Assembly: GCF_902713615.1 (NCBI RefSeq)
Contig: NC_052152.1
Span: 28,557,810 to 28,621,809, forward strand
Source of the DNA: Scyliorhinus canicula
Taxonomy: Eukaryota
Reading direction: 5' to 3'
Length of the DNA stretch: 64,000 bases
In this document: in pieces, positions 23,806 through 36,282 of the stretch
How positions within the stretch are numbered: the stretch's first letter is position 1
Layout of the letters: the number at the start of each line of letters is the position of its first letter
Translations under genes and position numbers: made by a program
Notes under the pieces: model-generated
What the model saw: the letters and a program-made list of their open reading frames with translations, nothing else
What the model was told of the DNA's origin: nothing
Database searches by the model: none

Positions 23806-26800
23806 AAGGGCGCCGAAGTTCAGCTTGCCCGGGGCGCCAGCAACTCTAGGGCCGGCGCTGAGCCCACCTACAGGAGCCAAGGGTTGCTGGTGCCGGACAG
23901 GCAGCCACACAGGCCGACAATTATGAGTTGATCCACAGACCCTTGTTCCAGAGGAAACCCTCCTCGAGTCAACCCCAATCAACTGGAAGGGATAGAGGCA
24001 GGAGAACGATAGCAAACCAAGCACCCATGGGTAAGAGGGAAATTCTGGGGGCCCTCCTCAGGACAGGAAGGGTAGTGCAGAAACAAAAAGTGAGGCCTAG
24101 AAACCTGTGCGTTATAATTACCAGACGTTAGGACACATCCGAGCCAATTGCTGGCGGCTACGGGAAAAACCCGTGGGATTTTTTGGGGCCCATACACCCA
24201 AGTCAGTCAGAGAGCATAGCAGACCAGGCGATAGCTCTGACTGCAACTGTGATTCTCTGGATGGGATCTCTCGGGAGAGTGCAGATGAGGTTCAATTAAT
24301 CCCTGAGAGTTACCAGGATTTTGTATCCAAAGGAAAGGTGGCCACATTTCCCCAGGGGGAGGTGAGTAATACTGATGGACACATGTGCCAGCCAGACTCT
24401 ACTGCTGGGAAAAGGCATGGCCTTCCCACCAGAGAATGCTGTACGTGCCAGTGTTGGTAAAGGGGATTGAAGGAGGGTACATGCCCATTCCCCTATATCG
24501 GGTACATCTGGAGTGCAACCTTGAATCATGGCCTGTGACCATGGGAATCATCCCCAGTTTGCCCGTAGATGGAGTGGTCGACCTGCTCCTCAACAACGAC
24601 CTGGCAGGATCAATGGTAATAATATCTACACTTGTCTCAGAAAACCCAATGAAGTCAAGGAAACCGAACAGCTGCAGAGAAAGTGCCAGGTATTTTCCCT
24701 GACTGTGTCGTAACTCAATCAATGGCCAAAAAAGCTCTGTAAGGGGAAGCTAAGGTGACACTGAGACAGAAGACCCTCCGGTCTGGTTACCTGAAACCTT
24801 TTTCAGGAGTTTAGAAAACTCTGAGGAGAAAATAGATAAATAAATCTTCCTTAGTAGCAGCCCAACAAGCTGACCCACAGTTACAAAACATTAGCTTAGA
24901 CTGCTGACAATGAAGCTGAGGCAGAGGCAGTTCCTGAATGCTACTACATAAAAAATGAGGTCCTGGTGTGGAAATGGAGCCCCCCCCCCACCTCACAGAC
25001 CGGCAAATGAGGAATGGACAGTGATCCACTAGGTAATAGTGCCTCCGCGGTAATCCTGGGACGAGTCCACAAAATTCCGATGGCTGGGCATGTCGGTATA
25101 CACAAAATCCAAGCCCACATTAGTCAACACTTCTACTGGCCACATCCCCATAGGGACATAGTAAAGTTTTACAGAACGTGCCAGTTGTCCCAGGCTGTGG
25201 GAAAACCCCAACCTGCAATGCCACCTACACCTACGATTCCCTGCTGGTTTTGAGGGGCCATTTGGCAAGGTGTTTGTGGGGCCTCTGTCCAAACCAAAGT
25301 GGGGGGCCACAGGTCCATCCTGATCATATGGACGTGGCTACCAATTTCCCAGAGACTGTTCCCCTGAGAACCACATCTGCCTAAGCAGTGGTGAGGGAAC
25401 TGACCCAATTCTTTACCAGGTTTGCCCACCGAGATCTAGTCGGATCATGGCTCAGAATTTCATGTACAAGATATTTCCGGAGGATAACCTGGGCGTGACC
25501 CTGCTGAAGTCATCACTATATCACCCACAATTGCAGGGGGTGCTAGAATGATACCACCAAACCTTGAAAACAATGATCAGGGCATAGTGCCATAGGTATC
25601 CTCGTGACTGGGCTAAGGGACAAGGTTTGCTTCTATTTGCAACCAGGACTCACCCACTGAGTCCACTGGTCTTACTCCATTTGAATTAGTTTAAAGGCAC
25701 CAAGTGCAAGAGCCTCTTAAAATAATCAAGGAGAGGTTTCCAGAGCAGAAGGAGGAACTCTCCATGTTAAACTACGTAACTGTGTTCCGGGAGCTGCTCA
25801 TGGGAGCCTGTGAGGTGGCCCAAGAACACTTGAAAATCTCCAGACAGCTATGAAATAGCAGGCAGACAAACATGTCAAGGCCCGAACCATTTAGCCAGGA
25901 GACTATGAGTTAACGCTCCTACCAATACCAGATAAACCCTTTCAAGCCCAGTTCAGTGGCCTGTACAGAGTTGCAAAGAAGTTTGTGGAAATGAACTACC
26001 TAATTGAGACCCCAGATTGGAGGAAAAAACAAAGGCTGTGTCACGTCAGCTTGATAAAGCAACATCACAGCCAAGAAAGAGACAAGCAAGTCATGGTCTG
26101 TCCAATTGCCACTGACCAGGAAAGATGGTGTAGCAGTGGGGACTAATTGGATGCAGACAAGGGTGAGGCCCACATTGGACCCTGGAGAACGACTGCAATA
26201 ACATTCCTTGACCTCCCACCTAGAAACAGAACAGTAGGCAGACTTGCTGAGGCTGCCCACCATGTTTAAAGGCTTGTGCAGAGTCAAGTCACGTTGTACC
26301 ACCCTAGCTGTACATAACGTAGATGTGGGAGAGACTACTTCCATAAGGCAACTTCCCTAATGCCTATAGACAGCAAAGCTGATCCAGGGGGAAATTAACT
26401 ACATGCCGGAGCACCAAACAAATGGAACCTAGTAACATAGCTGGAGATTCCCAGTTTTGCTCATGCCCAAGCTGAACAGCTCAACAAGTTTCTGCATTGA
26501 CTACCGAAAAGTTAATGCAGTGACTCGATCCTGATTCCTAACTGATTCCTAACCAGTTGGAAGACTGCATAGATACGGTCGGTAAAGTAGCCTATATTAC
26601 GAAGGTAGATTTGCTGAAGGGGTACTGGCAGGTTCCTTGACGGCCCATGTGAAGGAAATCTCTGTCTTTGTGACTCCAGACAGGTTATACAAATGTCAAG
26701 TTATGTCTTTTGGACTTTGAAATGCCCTGGCTACCTACGGCTGATGAACCAGGTAGTGCCGGGCTTATCCAATTGTTTAGTGTACCTGGATGACTTCCTA

Positions 26801-29759
26801 GTGTACAGCAAAACCTGGGAAACCCACTTAGACCAACTGGAAGCCATCTTTCAGAGAGTACAGTCAGCTGACTGAGTAATCAATTTTGTGCAAAGAGAGT
26901 TTGCTAAAGTTGAAGGGACAGATACTGCCCAGGGCTGCCAAGGTACAAGACGTAGCCCAGTTCCTCATTCCCACCACAAAACGGGAAATCATTAGGTTCT
27001 TGGACATGTGTGGGTTCTAGCCAAACGTTGGTACAGTAGCTGCCCCCGACTGACAGACCTACTACAGAAAAGTGCAAAGGTGATGTGGCCTGTGAAATGC
27101 CAGACAGCTTTTTAAAAGCTAAAGACCATTTTACTGAGTGAACCTGTGCTTGCAGCCCTGGTTTTAAGCAAGCATTTAAAGTAGCCATTGTTGTGAGTGA
27201 CGTTGGGCTGGGTGCCGTCCTTCCGTATCCGGAATAGAGAGACCAGTCAGGTACTTCTCTGGAAAGCTCAAAAAGCACCATAAATGGTATTCCACAATAA
27301 AGAAGGTTGTTTTGGGTTGTTTCTGGTTCTCAAATACACTACGAACAGTCCTAATGGCCACAGCACGTCATCATCTACTCCTCGCAACTCCAGGATAATT
27401 CCATCTAAGTTTTTGAAATATTTACTGACTACTGGACTCAATCCTTATCTCTAATCCTTATGAATGTAAAATCACGTGTTTTAACATTTCTCCTTGCCTG
27501 TTAGTATTTAATAAACTTACTCTAACTTAACCCAAAAGAAAGCCTGGTTAAATTGGCTCCTTTTTAAACATAACTATTGGGTCTGGAAAAGGTACCCAAG
27601 GGGAAGTGAACCTTGTTAGATTAACCCTTTGTTGCTGCCAGCAGAGGGTGGATTGAATAAAGACACGGAACCTGTCATCCCACCTCACCCAGCCAGACAA
27701 TGACAAATCGAGGGGGTCTTGCCTGGGTCAATGACGTTTGGGAACCCCACTTGGGGCTGGTGGTAAGATCACTAGTCTTGCCATCTCGTGTGGCTTCACT
27801 GCTGGCATCATATCAACCGCTGCTAAGGCCATCTCTGATCGCTTCATTACATCACTCCATCTACATCCCTCTCCCAACCCTGGAAGGAACACTGTCCCAA
27901 TTTGCTTACAACTGCATTTTCTAAATCCCAACTCTCTAGCCTTTGGCCCTCTGTTCCTCTGACATTTCCACAGCTTCTGATCTGCTCAACCCCCACCTTC
28001 TTCCTAGTGCCCATTCAAACTATCACTCACTCTCACCCTGGTCATTCCCCAGGTACAGCCTTCATCTCCACTCTCTTAGGTCCAGGGGATGAAAAAGGTT
28101 ATGGCAGACAACTGGTTTAGTCAGTCACTGTTAGAGTTGGAACATAAAGCATCATCAGATCCTGCTCTCACGTGCTATGGTGTATTATTGATCACTCCGG
28201 GTGTCAAGGTGCTGTGGCAACATTCACGTTTTACTTGCATGTTGTAGTTTGAAACTATGGATAGTGATGGTAGAGGTTCCAACTTTCTTTCCATGACATG
28301 ACTGACCAGGAATCTCTCTGTTCTTACTGCCTGTCATTGGCGTGAGTGGGAAGGATTTTGCCGGTTAGTACTCATCCTGTTTGGTCACATTATTAACACA
28401 CCTTCCTTGGCCATCAAGTCCTGCGGTGAACTCAAACCCAGAGATTGTGGTTCAGAGGCAAGGGCACTACCCACTGGGTCACAAGACCTCCTTCTTCATC
28501 TGCTATAGCTGCTTACTATTCCAGGGTCATCCTGGAGTACAAAGATCACCCATGGCTTCTTTTCTCTACTTCAAATTGTCTTCTTAGGGGAGGCACAGTG
28601 GCACAATGGTTAGCACTGCTGCCTACAGCGCTGAGGACCTGGGCTTGATCGTGTCCCGGGTCACTGTCTGTGTGGAGTTTGCACATTCTCCCCGTGTCTG
28701 CGCGGGTTTCACCCCCACAACCCAAAGATATGCAGATTAGGTGGATTGACCACGCTAAATTGCCCCTTAATTGGAAAAAAAATAATTGGCTACTCTAAAT
28801 TTATTTTTGAAAATAAATAAAATTGTCTTCTTAAACCCCTCTCCCGTCTCTTCCACCCTCACCTCCTACAATAAGTGAAAGGAGCTCATGGATTTCTTTG
28901 TTGCTAAGACTGAGATCATCCAATCAGCTGCCTCTACCATCTCCCACCCTTCACCAGTCCTTTAAAGGTTCTCCCTGCCTTAGCTCTGAACTTGTGTCTT
29001 CCTCTAGTTTCTGCCATCTCTTCTCTCATGCCCTCCCCAAGTTTATCTAGTCCATGAGACCCACTAAACTGCTGACCACCCAATTTCCTCTCCTTAGCTG
29101 CTGTTAACACTTCTCTTTCCTGAGGTACAGTGTAGATTTCCTTCAAATCTGCCATCATCACCCCTCTCAAAAAAGGTCTCTTGCCTTCCATCTTCCCTGC
29201 AAACCAATCACTCCATCTCCAACCTTTCTCCTCTCCAAAGTCTCTGAACATGTTGTCACTTATCAAATCTGTGTCCATCGTTTGTAGAGCTCCGTGTTTG
29301 AATCCCTCCCATCAGGTTTCTCCCATTGTCACTGTGGTAAACATGGCAGGGCCTGGATTTTGGGCCTGATAAAATTGCATGTTTTAAATTAAACTGCAGT
29401 CAGTTTCAGGCAGGCTGATGGGAATTCAGACTTGACCAAAGTCAAATACACAAGCAGAAACTGCCAGGGCAAGTCTGGGTCTGCCTTGTCAATCACCCAT
29501 CAGGAGATAATTGGCTCCATTCATATGCATTGATTTGTTTTGGGTTTCCCAGATCTAGCCACAATTTACTGGCACCCAGAGTTCCTGCCATTACCCTATA
29601 TGGCAACGATTGCGAGCAAGCAGCACCATCAGAGGTGGGCAACTGGGGGTGGGCCCCAGTGTCCTGTCAAGTGGTCATCATCTAATTCATTGAAAGTTGG
29701 GACCCCCATCCCGAGACCTCACTGACCGAAAGTCAGAGAAGTTTCTGGAAAGGTGTGAA

Positions 29760-30660
29760 TGGAGAGGGATAAAGGTAGATACCCAAGATACATGTCAGAG
29801 AACACTCAATATGGAGGTGACCTTAACCATCTAGAAGACTGAGGCAGGGGGCCTCATATACACCAAACCTGACATCAGTCATGTGTGCTTGCAACTCGAA
29901 CTGGATGAAGATTCCCAAAAGTTTGCGACGATTAACGTGCAGGAAGGCCTGTTTGAATACACTACATTATCTTTTCACGTCTCCTCGACCTGTGGGATAT
30001 TCCAGTGGACAATGGAGAAGAGATCCCAACGGTTGTGATCTACCTGGATGACGCCTTAACAGGAACATCACAGGGAGGAGCGCCTAGCAAGTTTGAAAGA
30101 GGTGTTCAGAAGATTCAGCGTTGTGGAAATCTGACTCAAACCCGAGCAGTGCACATTTCAAGCTAGTGAGGTTCAAAGTAGACTCAAAGGTCCTATACCC
30201 ACTTGAAGGCAAGGTGAGAGCCATAAGAAAAGTCCCAGCATCTAATTAAGAATTAAAGTCCTTCTTAGGGGTGGGAGGCTATTATGGTCATTTTACTCCA
30301 AATCTCACAATGACATTGGCACCATTACATGTGCTCTTGAGAAAACACCAGTGTTCGCATTGGAAAAACCACAGGAGCAAGCCTTCCAACTCATAAAGCA
30401 GGTCTTGCAACTTTTGAGCCCACTGATTTATTTTGATCTGAGAAACCCCATAATTCTGACCTGTGATGCTTCGCCGTCTGAGATAGGGGCAGATCTATCC
30501 CATACAATGGAGGGTGGCTCAGAGAGGCCAATTGCCTCACCTCAAGAAGGCTTTCTGATGCTGAGTATAAATACGGGCAAATTGAGAAGGAAGGTCTTGA
30601 CGTGGTCTACGGCATCAAGACATTTCACCAGTGTGTTGGGAAGACTGAAGCCATTGTCTT
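29760..30660 (+). mobile_element. Degenerate Gypsy RT/RNase H fragment
   Basis: IYLDD-like motif at ~30037-30052; LTCDASP..IGA.LSH...GSERPIA in ORF 30351-30737. Confidence 0.75.
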
Positions 30661-30741
30661 CGGTCCTGCAACAAACTCATTCCCTAACCATTGATTTCAC
30701 ACACCACTGTGGCAACTTTGAAACAGACCGTTCATAACCTT

Positions 30742-32500
30742 TATTTTTTGTAAAATATTTTTATTCTCTATTTTCACATTTTCTTCAAAATTTACACCCC
30801 ACCAACATGCAGTAAACAGTAACAAACCGGGACTGGTTTAGCACAGGGCTAAATAGCTGGCTTTGAAAGCAGACCAAGGCAGGCCAGCAGCACGGTTCAA
30901 TTCCCGTACCAGCCTCCCTGAACAGGCGGTGGAATATGGCGACTAGGGGCTTTTCACAGTAACTTCATTTGAAGCCTACTTGTGACAATAAGCGATTTTC
31001 ATTTTTCATTTCATTACACCCACGCACTGCAAGCCCTCCCCCCCTCCCGGATTCCTCCCCTCCACTTCCTTTTACAAAACTCCTACCCCCAACCTCTGTT
31101 CCTTCCCCCCCAACTTTCCACCCTGGCTAGACTCATTGGAACCTGTTCTGCCGGGCTCCGGTGGCCTCAGCCCCTCTCCCCCACCTCACTCCCATTTCCT
31201 GGCCGGCTTAAACCGGCCAGCGTGGAGGCCCCCGCCCGGGTCTCCTTCCCCCTTGCCCGGCCCCAGGAAAACCAAGAAATCCCCTTTAGCACACAAATCC
31301 CGCACACACACCCACACCCCAAAGAACCATCATTGCAAATGAAAGTCCCATCTCTTCCATTGCCCAAGTATATACAACGTTAGCTCATTTAGCACATACA
31401 CCAACCGCAGTGAAAAAATACAGTCACATGAGGCTACATCGGTACATGACACATGATGACACCTTCTCAATTCAGCCACAGTCCTTCTGCCTTCACAAAC
31501 TCCTCCGCTGCTTTCGCCGTCCCGAAATAAAAGTCCTTGGATTTGTAGGTCACCCTCAACTTAGCTAGGTATACTATGCTGCACCGCACCTTAGTGATGT
31601 ACAGTGCCTTCTTCACCCGGCTGAAGGCAGCCCACCTCCGTGCCAGCTCCACCGTAAAGTCCTGGTATGTACGTATACCAGCTCCAGCCCACTGCACCAC
31701 CCGCTTCTGCTTTGCCCAGCACAGGACCTTCTCCTTCACGCTGTACCTACAAAAACACAAAGTTACTACTCTTGGCGGCTCACTCTCCTTTGGTACAGGC
31801 CTCCACGCCCGGAGAGCCCGATCCAGTTCATATCGGGAGGGATCATCCCCCTCCCCCAATAGCTTCACCAACATTGTGGCAAAATACTCAGTCGGCCTCG
31901 GGCCTTCCACTCCTTCGGGAACACCCACAATCCTCAGATTCTGTCGCCTGGATCTGTTTTCCAAGTCGTCCGTTTTGGCTCGCAGATGATCTCTACCACC
32001 TTCTGCATTTCCTTCCCCATCGAGGTAATTTAATCACTGTGCTGCAATAATGTCTCTTCTACTTCCTTCAGCGCATCGCCTTGCTCCCGCAGCTCTGCCA
32101 CTGTGCTCAATACCGCCACCCTCACCAGGGAAATCGCCTCCTCCACCAGAACTTTCAATACCGCCCCCATCTCCTTCCTCATCGCCTCCATGTGCTTTGT
32201 GAACTGCCTTTCGAGTTCTGTGGCCATCACCGTAGTCATTTCTTCACCCGTGGGCAATGCGGCCTCCCCTGGTACCCCAGCCTCCACTTTCCTTGCCGTC
32301 CCCACGGTGACCTTTCCACTCCCCGACGGACTTTCAGCTGCTATTTTCATGGCCTTTTGTTTACTTGTTTTTGACATTTCCCTTCACTGTGCCTTCTCTC
32401 TGCTTTTGCCACCTCTGTAGCCCCTGGGACCGGGCGTTAATCCCCGAAAATGCCGTTCCCGAACGGGAGCCCTCCAATGTGCGGCCCCGCTCCGGAAATC
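30742..32500 (-). mobile_element. ORF1-only L1 derivative (HAL1-like)
   Basis: 5'UTR from 32500; ORF1 32377-31467 (ENRSRRQNLRIVGVPEG, frameshifted); AATAAA and A-rich tail at ~30742-30765; TSD GACCGTTCATAA(C/T)CTT at 30726 and 32501; no ORF2. Confidence 0.75.
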
Positions 32501-32520
32501 GACCGTTCATAATCTTAAAG

Positions 32521-33045
32521 GGCGGCACGATGGTTAGCACTGCTGCCTCACAGCGCCAGGGACCAGGGCTCAATTCCGGCCTCGGGTGACTGTGTGAAGT
32601 TTGCACTTTCTCCCCGTGTCTGCGTGGGTTTCCTCCAGGTGCTCCGGTTTCCTCCCACACTCCAAAGATGGACTGGGGCTGGTTTAGCACACAGCTAAAT
32701 CACTGGCTTTGAAAGCAGACCAGGGCAGGCCAGCAGCACGGTTCAATTCCCGCACCAGCCTCCCTGAACAGGTGCTGGAATATGGCGACTAGGGGCTTTT
32801 CAAAGTAACTTCATTTGAAGCCTACTTGTGACAATAAGCGATTTTCATTTTTCATTTCATTTCAAGATGTGCAGGTTAGGTTAATTGGCCTTGCTAAATT
32901 GCCCCTTTAGTGTCCAAAAGCATAGGTGGGGTTACAGGGATAAGGTGGAGGCGTGAGTTTAAGTAGGCTGCTCTTTCTAAGAGCTGGTGCAGACTTGATG
33001 GGCCAAATGGCCTCCTTCTGCACTGTAAATTCTATGATTCTATGA
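32521..33045 (+). mobile_element. HE1-type V-SINE with CR1-derived tail, with a second SINE nested in it
   Basis: GGGCGGCACG head, V core, tail gggccaaatggcctccttctgcactgtaaattctatgattctatg. Confidence 0.88.
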
Positions 33046-33359
33046 TAAGACCTCCTATTTTGACCTTGGTAATATTGCCCAACTCCAGCCCTGGCTATCT
33101 GTTCTGGTGAGAGATTACCCCCCACTGAAACGATAACTCTGTTTAATGTTGTCTAACTTGCTGAGTAGTTTTTTTGCGTTTTATTTCAGATTTCCAATGC
33201 ATGCAGTGTTTTGCTTAATACTTTGCACCGACTCTTCTCGCCCCAGACAAAACAGTAAACGTTCAATCCGGCGTTTGTCCATTGGGATTTTTTTTGGACG
33301 TTTTCTTTTAAACTTGTCCTGCCGTTCTGGAACAGTTAAAATTCTAAATCTGAGTCGCA

Positions 33360-33515
33360 GCTTAATTTGACTACATCACTTCGCTGTTTCAGCCAGTTGA
33401 GAGCGCTCTGTCCTGGAGTTTTATCTGAGTGTTTTGAAGAACCAAACTACAGTTCCCAGGATCCAGTGTAGACAACATCATGGCTCCTACCTGGAGCGGA
33501 AAGGATTCAAGGTGA
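33360..33515 (+). promoter_or_regulatory. DNAJC28 promoter and probable short first exon
   Basis: ZNF143/THAP11 motif ACTACAGTTCCCAGGATCC at 33446-33464; possible donor CAAG|GTGATT at 33511/33512. Confidence 0.55.
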
Positions 33516-33784
33516 TTTCTGGGTTCCACTTTTACAGGCACCGAGTTTCCAGACACATTTGTTTCAATATCTGCTGAATATTTGTAGGGGTTTGCTGTCT
33601 AAGCAACAGGTTTTCTTTGTTTAATCGGGATAGACAAATTTGCATTTATTGCTGGTCTAACATGTAACTCCACTCAATTCTGCTACGTAAATCCTAAGAA
33701 GGATGTTAGCATTTATTTTAATATCAATTTAATGCAAGGTCGCGCGTACAGTTTAGCGGTCCCCTGTGTGGCTATGGTTCCTGT

Positions 33785-34891
33785 ATGAGATGTCAGTGCG
33801 GCGAGAACATGCTAATAGCTAAAAGGAGTTGCGCTGCCACCTGCAGTCGAAGTGCGAGGATGTTCTCGGACTACAAAGCCATGAGCAAAAGCCTCCGAGA
33901 CTGCTACCGCTTGCTAAATGTACAGGAGAGCTGCCGTCCCGACGAGGTGAAGGAAGCCTACCTCAAACTGGTAAAGTTGCACCATCCAGATAGTGGTTCT
34001 GGAGCAGATCCTGTGAAGTTCATGCAGGTGAAAGAAGCTTACAAGGCCGTGGTCAAACACTTAGCTGAGAAAAGGAAGGCAGAGTCTGCGAGAGAGGAGG
34101 ACGAGGAGGAGGACGAACAATTCAAGCACATGGCACCTCAACATAGGCAGTACCTTAGCTTCGAGGGCATTGGCATTGGGACGCCAAGTCAGCGAGAAAA
34201 ACAGTACAGAAAATTCAGGATGAACCGTGCGACTGAACAAGTTCTGGACTACAGAAAACAGAAACTGCAACACGAGGAGCTAGAGAACAATATGATGGTG
34301 AAAGATGTCCAGCAGAGCAAGAAAATAAAGATAACTCAAGCAGTGGAACGGTTGGTGGAAGATCTCATCCAAGAATCGATGGCCAAAGGTGAATTTGATA
34401 ACCTAAGTGGCAAAGGGAAGCCCCTGCAAAAGCTCTCACAGTATCCATACATTGATCCCATGACTCATAATCTGAACAGGATACTCATAGAAAATGGATA
34501 TCAACCAGAATGGATTGTCCGGCAGAAAGAAATAAAACAAACCATAGAGAAGGTCCAAAACGATATGGTGGCCTTTCGGAGGAAGCTCGGCGAGTCTCTG
34601 ACTCTTTATAACCAGAAACAGTGGAATCTGAAGTGTGAGCAATTCAGGGATGATATTAAGCAGCTCAATAAAATGGTAGATATTTTCAATTTAATTGTCC
34701 CTCTGCTGAACAGGCAGATGCTGCACTACAATCCCGATAAGGAGCTTGCGATCATACTGAAGAAGTATGATGTGTATTTGGAAGCAAGCAAGGCCACTTC
34801 GGAGGTTATAGAAACATCAGCTGAGGGAAGTGACACATCTGTGCGTGCAAAAAACACCCTGTTTTCTTGGATCAAACTTTTCCTGAAATAA
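33785..34891 (+). CDS. DNAJC28: DnaJ homolog subfamily C member 28, single coding exon, 368 aa
   Basis: J domain (CYRLLNV..EAYLKLVKLHHPDSG), PQHRQYLSFEGIG, and DUF1992 region LVEDLIQESMAKGEFDNLSGKGKPL..DPMTHNLNRILIENGYQPEWI. Neighbour of GART as in other vertebrates. Exact start codon uncertain. Confidence 0.95.
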   Translation: MRCQCGENMLIAKRSCAATCSRSARMFSDYKAMSKSLRDCYRLLNVQESCRPDEVKEAYLKLVKLHHPDSGSGADPVKFMQVKEAYKAVVKHLAEKRKAESAREEDEEEDEQFKHMAPQHRQYLSFEGIGIGTPSQREKQYRKFRMNRATEQVLDYRKQKLQHEELENNMMVKDVQQSKKIKITQAVERLVEDLIQESMAKGEFDNLSGKGKPLQKLSQYPYIDPMTHNLNRILIENGYQPEWIVRQKEIKQTIEKVQNDMVAFRRKLGESLTLYNQKQWNLKCEQFRDDIKQLNKMVDIFNLIVPLLNRQMLHYNPDKELAIILKKYDVYLEASKATSEVIETSAEGSDTSVRAKNTLFSWIKLFLK

Positions 34892-36282
34892 GCACTGAAT
34901 AAGAAGTGAAAGATTGTGGCCTGGAGGTTAATTTACCGCTTCAATCATAACTGCATTGTGTACAGGAAAGCGCATTAGTTGCAACAAGAGATTGTTGAGC
35001 CTCCTGAGCCCTGGCTTCCTCATTCCTGTCATTAAATCTGTCATTGGATCATGACTTGCCTGCAGTTGATTCCATTTACTTTCATTAGCTCTATATCACT
35101 TGATACTTTACCTAACAAAAGATCTGTCAATCTCAGTCTTAAAAGCTGTAATTGTCCCAGCATCCACAAAGGGGGACAAAAAGATTTCAGATCTTTACGA
35201 GCCTTTGTGTGTGGAAAATGTGCTCTGGAATTCCCTCCTTAAAAGCCAGCTTCAAATTTTATGCACACTCATTCTTGATTCCCCTACCCGAGTAAATAGT
35301 TTATCTGTAGCTCCTTTCTTGGACAAACAGGTTATCGTTTATTCGTGACTTTCACAGCACTGTTTAACTTGCCAGTAAAATATACTGTAACCAAAGAAAA
35401 GCAACTAATGAAATGAAAAAATGAAATGAAAATCGCTTATTGTCACAAGTTGGCTTCAATGAAGTTACTGTGAAAAGCCCCTAGTCGCCACATTCCGGCG
35501 CCTGTTCGGGGAGGCTGATACGGGAGGTTGTTACTAGTTATTGTTGCACTTACCTACTGTAGGTTGTTACTAATTATTGTTGCACTTTTTTCGGCTGGTG
35601 GGTGGAAATGTTCATGCTGCCGCTAAGTGGGAAACTATTTCAGTCAGGATTGTTGCTTTTTTAAAGTAATGGTTTTAAAAAGCCTTAATCGAGTGGTATA
35701 ACATGCACTGTGAACTCACAAAATGGAATAATAGGAATGCCATTGTTAACAATACACTATCTTTGCATAAATAGTACTTTATATAAATACCCAAGTTCAG
35801 ATTGTTTCCTGGAAACACGTTTATTCTGTCTCTTTACATAATCCCTTGTTGTCAGGTTATTTAAATTGTCATCCAATAAAGTTGAATGCATCGCTGGTTA
35901 TCTAAGGCTCACTCCATATTTTTTACAGAAACACATTAATGTTGACTTCCTGGCAGGACTGTGCTGTTGTAGGGCAGCACAGTGGCGCAGTGGGTTAGCA
36001 CTGCAGTCTCACGGCACCGAGGTCCCAGGTTCGATCCTGGCTCTGGGTCACTGTCCGTGTGGAGTTTGCACATTCTCCCCGTGTTTGCGTGGGTTTCGCC
36101 CCTACAACCCAAAGAAGTGCAGGGTAGGTGGATTGGCCACACTAAATTGCCCCTTAATTGGAAAAAATGAATTGGGTACTCTAAATTTATTTTAAAAATT
36201 AAAAAAAAAGTACTGTGCTGTTGCTGTCCTCCAACTAATTCTAAGGAAAGTATTGAAATACTAACACAGACCAGTAAAACAT

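Larger units (their letters stand above)
22179..23860. mobile_element. GC-rich hAT MITE with internal minisatellites
   Basis: TIR CAGGGCGGGC / GCCGGCGCTG; 8-bp TSD AGCCCACC (22171-22178, 23861-23868). Confidence 0.88.
19450..27760 (+). mobile_element. Degenerate Gypsy LTR retrotransposon hosting multiple nested insertions
   Basis: gag (LIPRFDEAEV..FFISF..LKWP; PEAYHQKFR), zinc knuckle (GHIRANCW), integrase (AGHVG..HFYWP) located before RT (VYLDD, 26693-26875). Matching ends aaatc.gggggtct..gaaccccac.tggggctgg at ~19620-19675 and ~27705-27760. Boundaries approximate. Confidence 0.75.

Noticed and set aside
23016-24024. Long Gly/Arg-rich ORFs (263, 318, 191 aa)
   Set aside because: Open in all frames because of a stop-free C/G minisatellite inside a MITE; not a gene.
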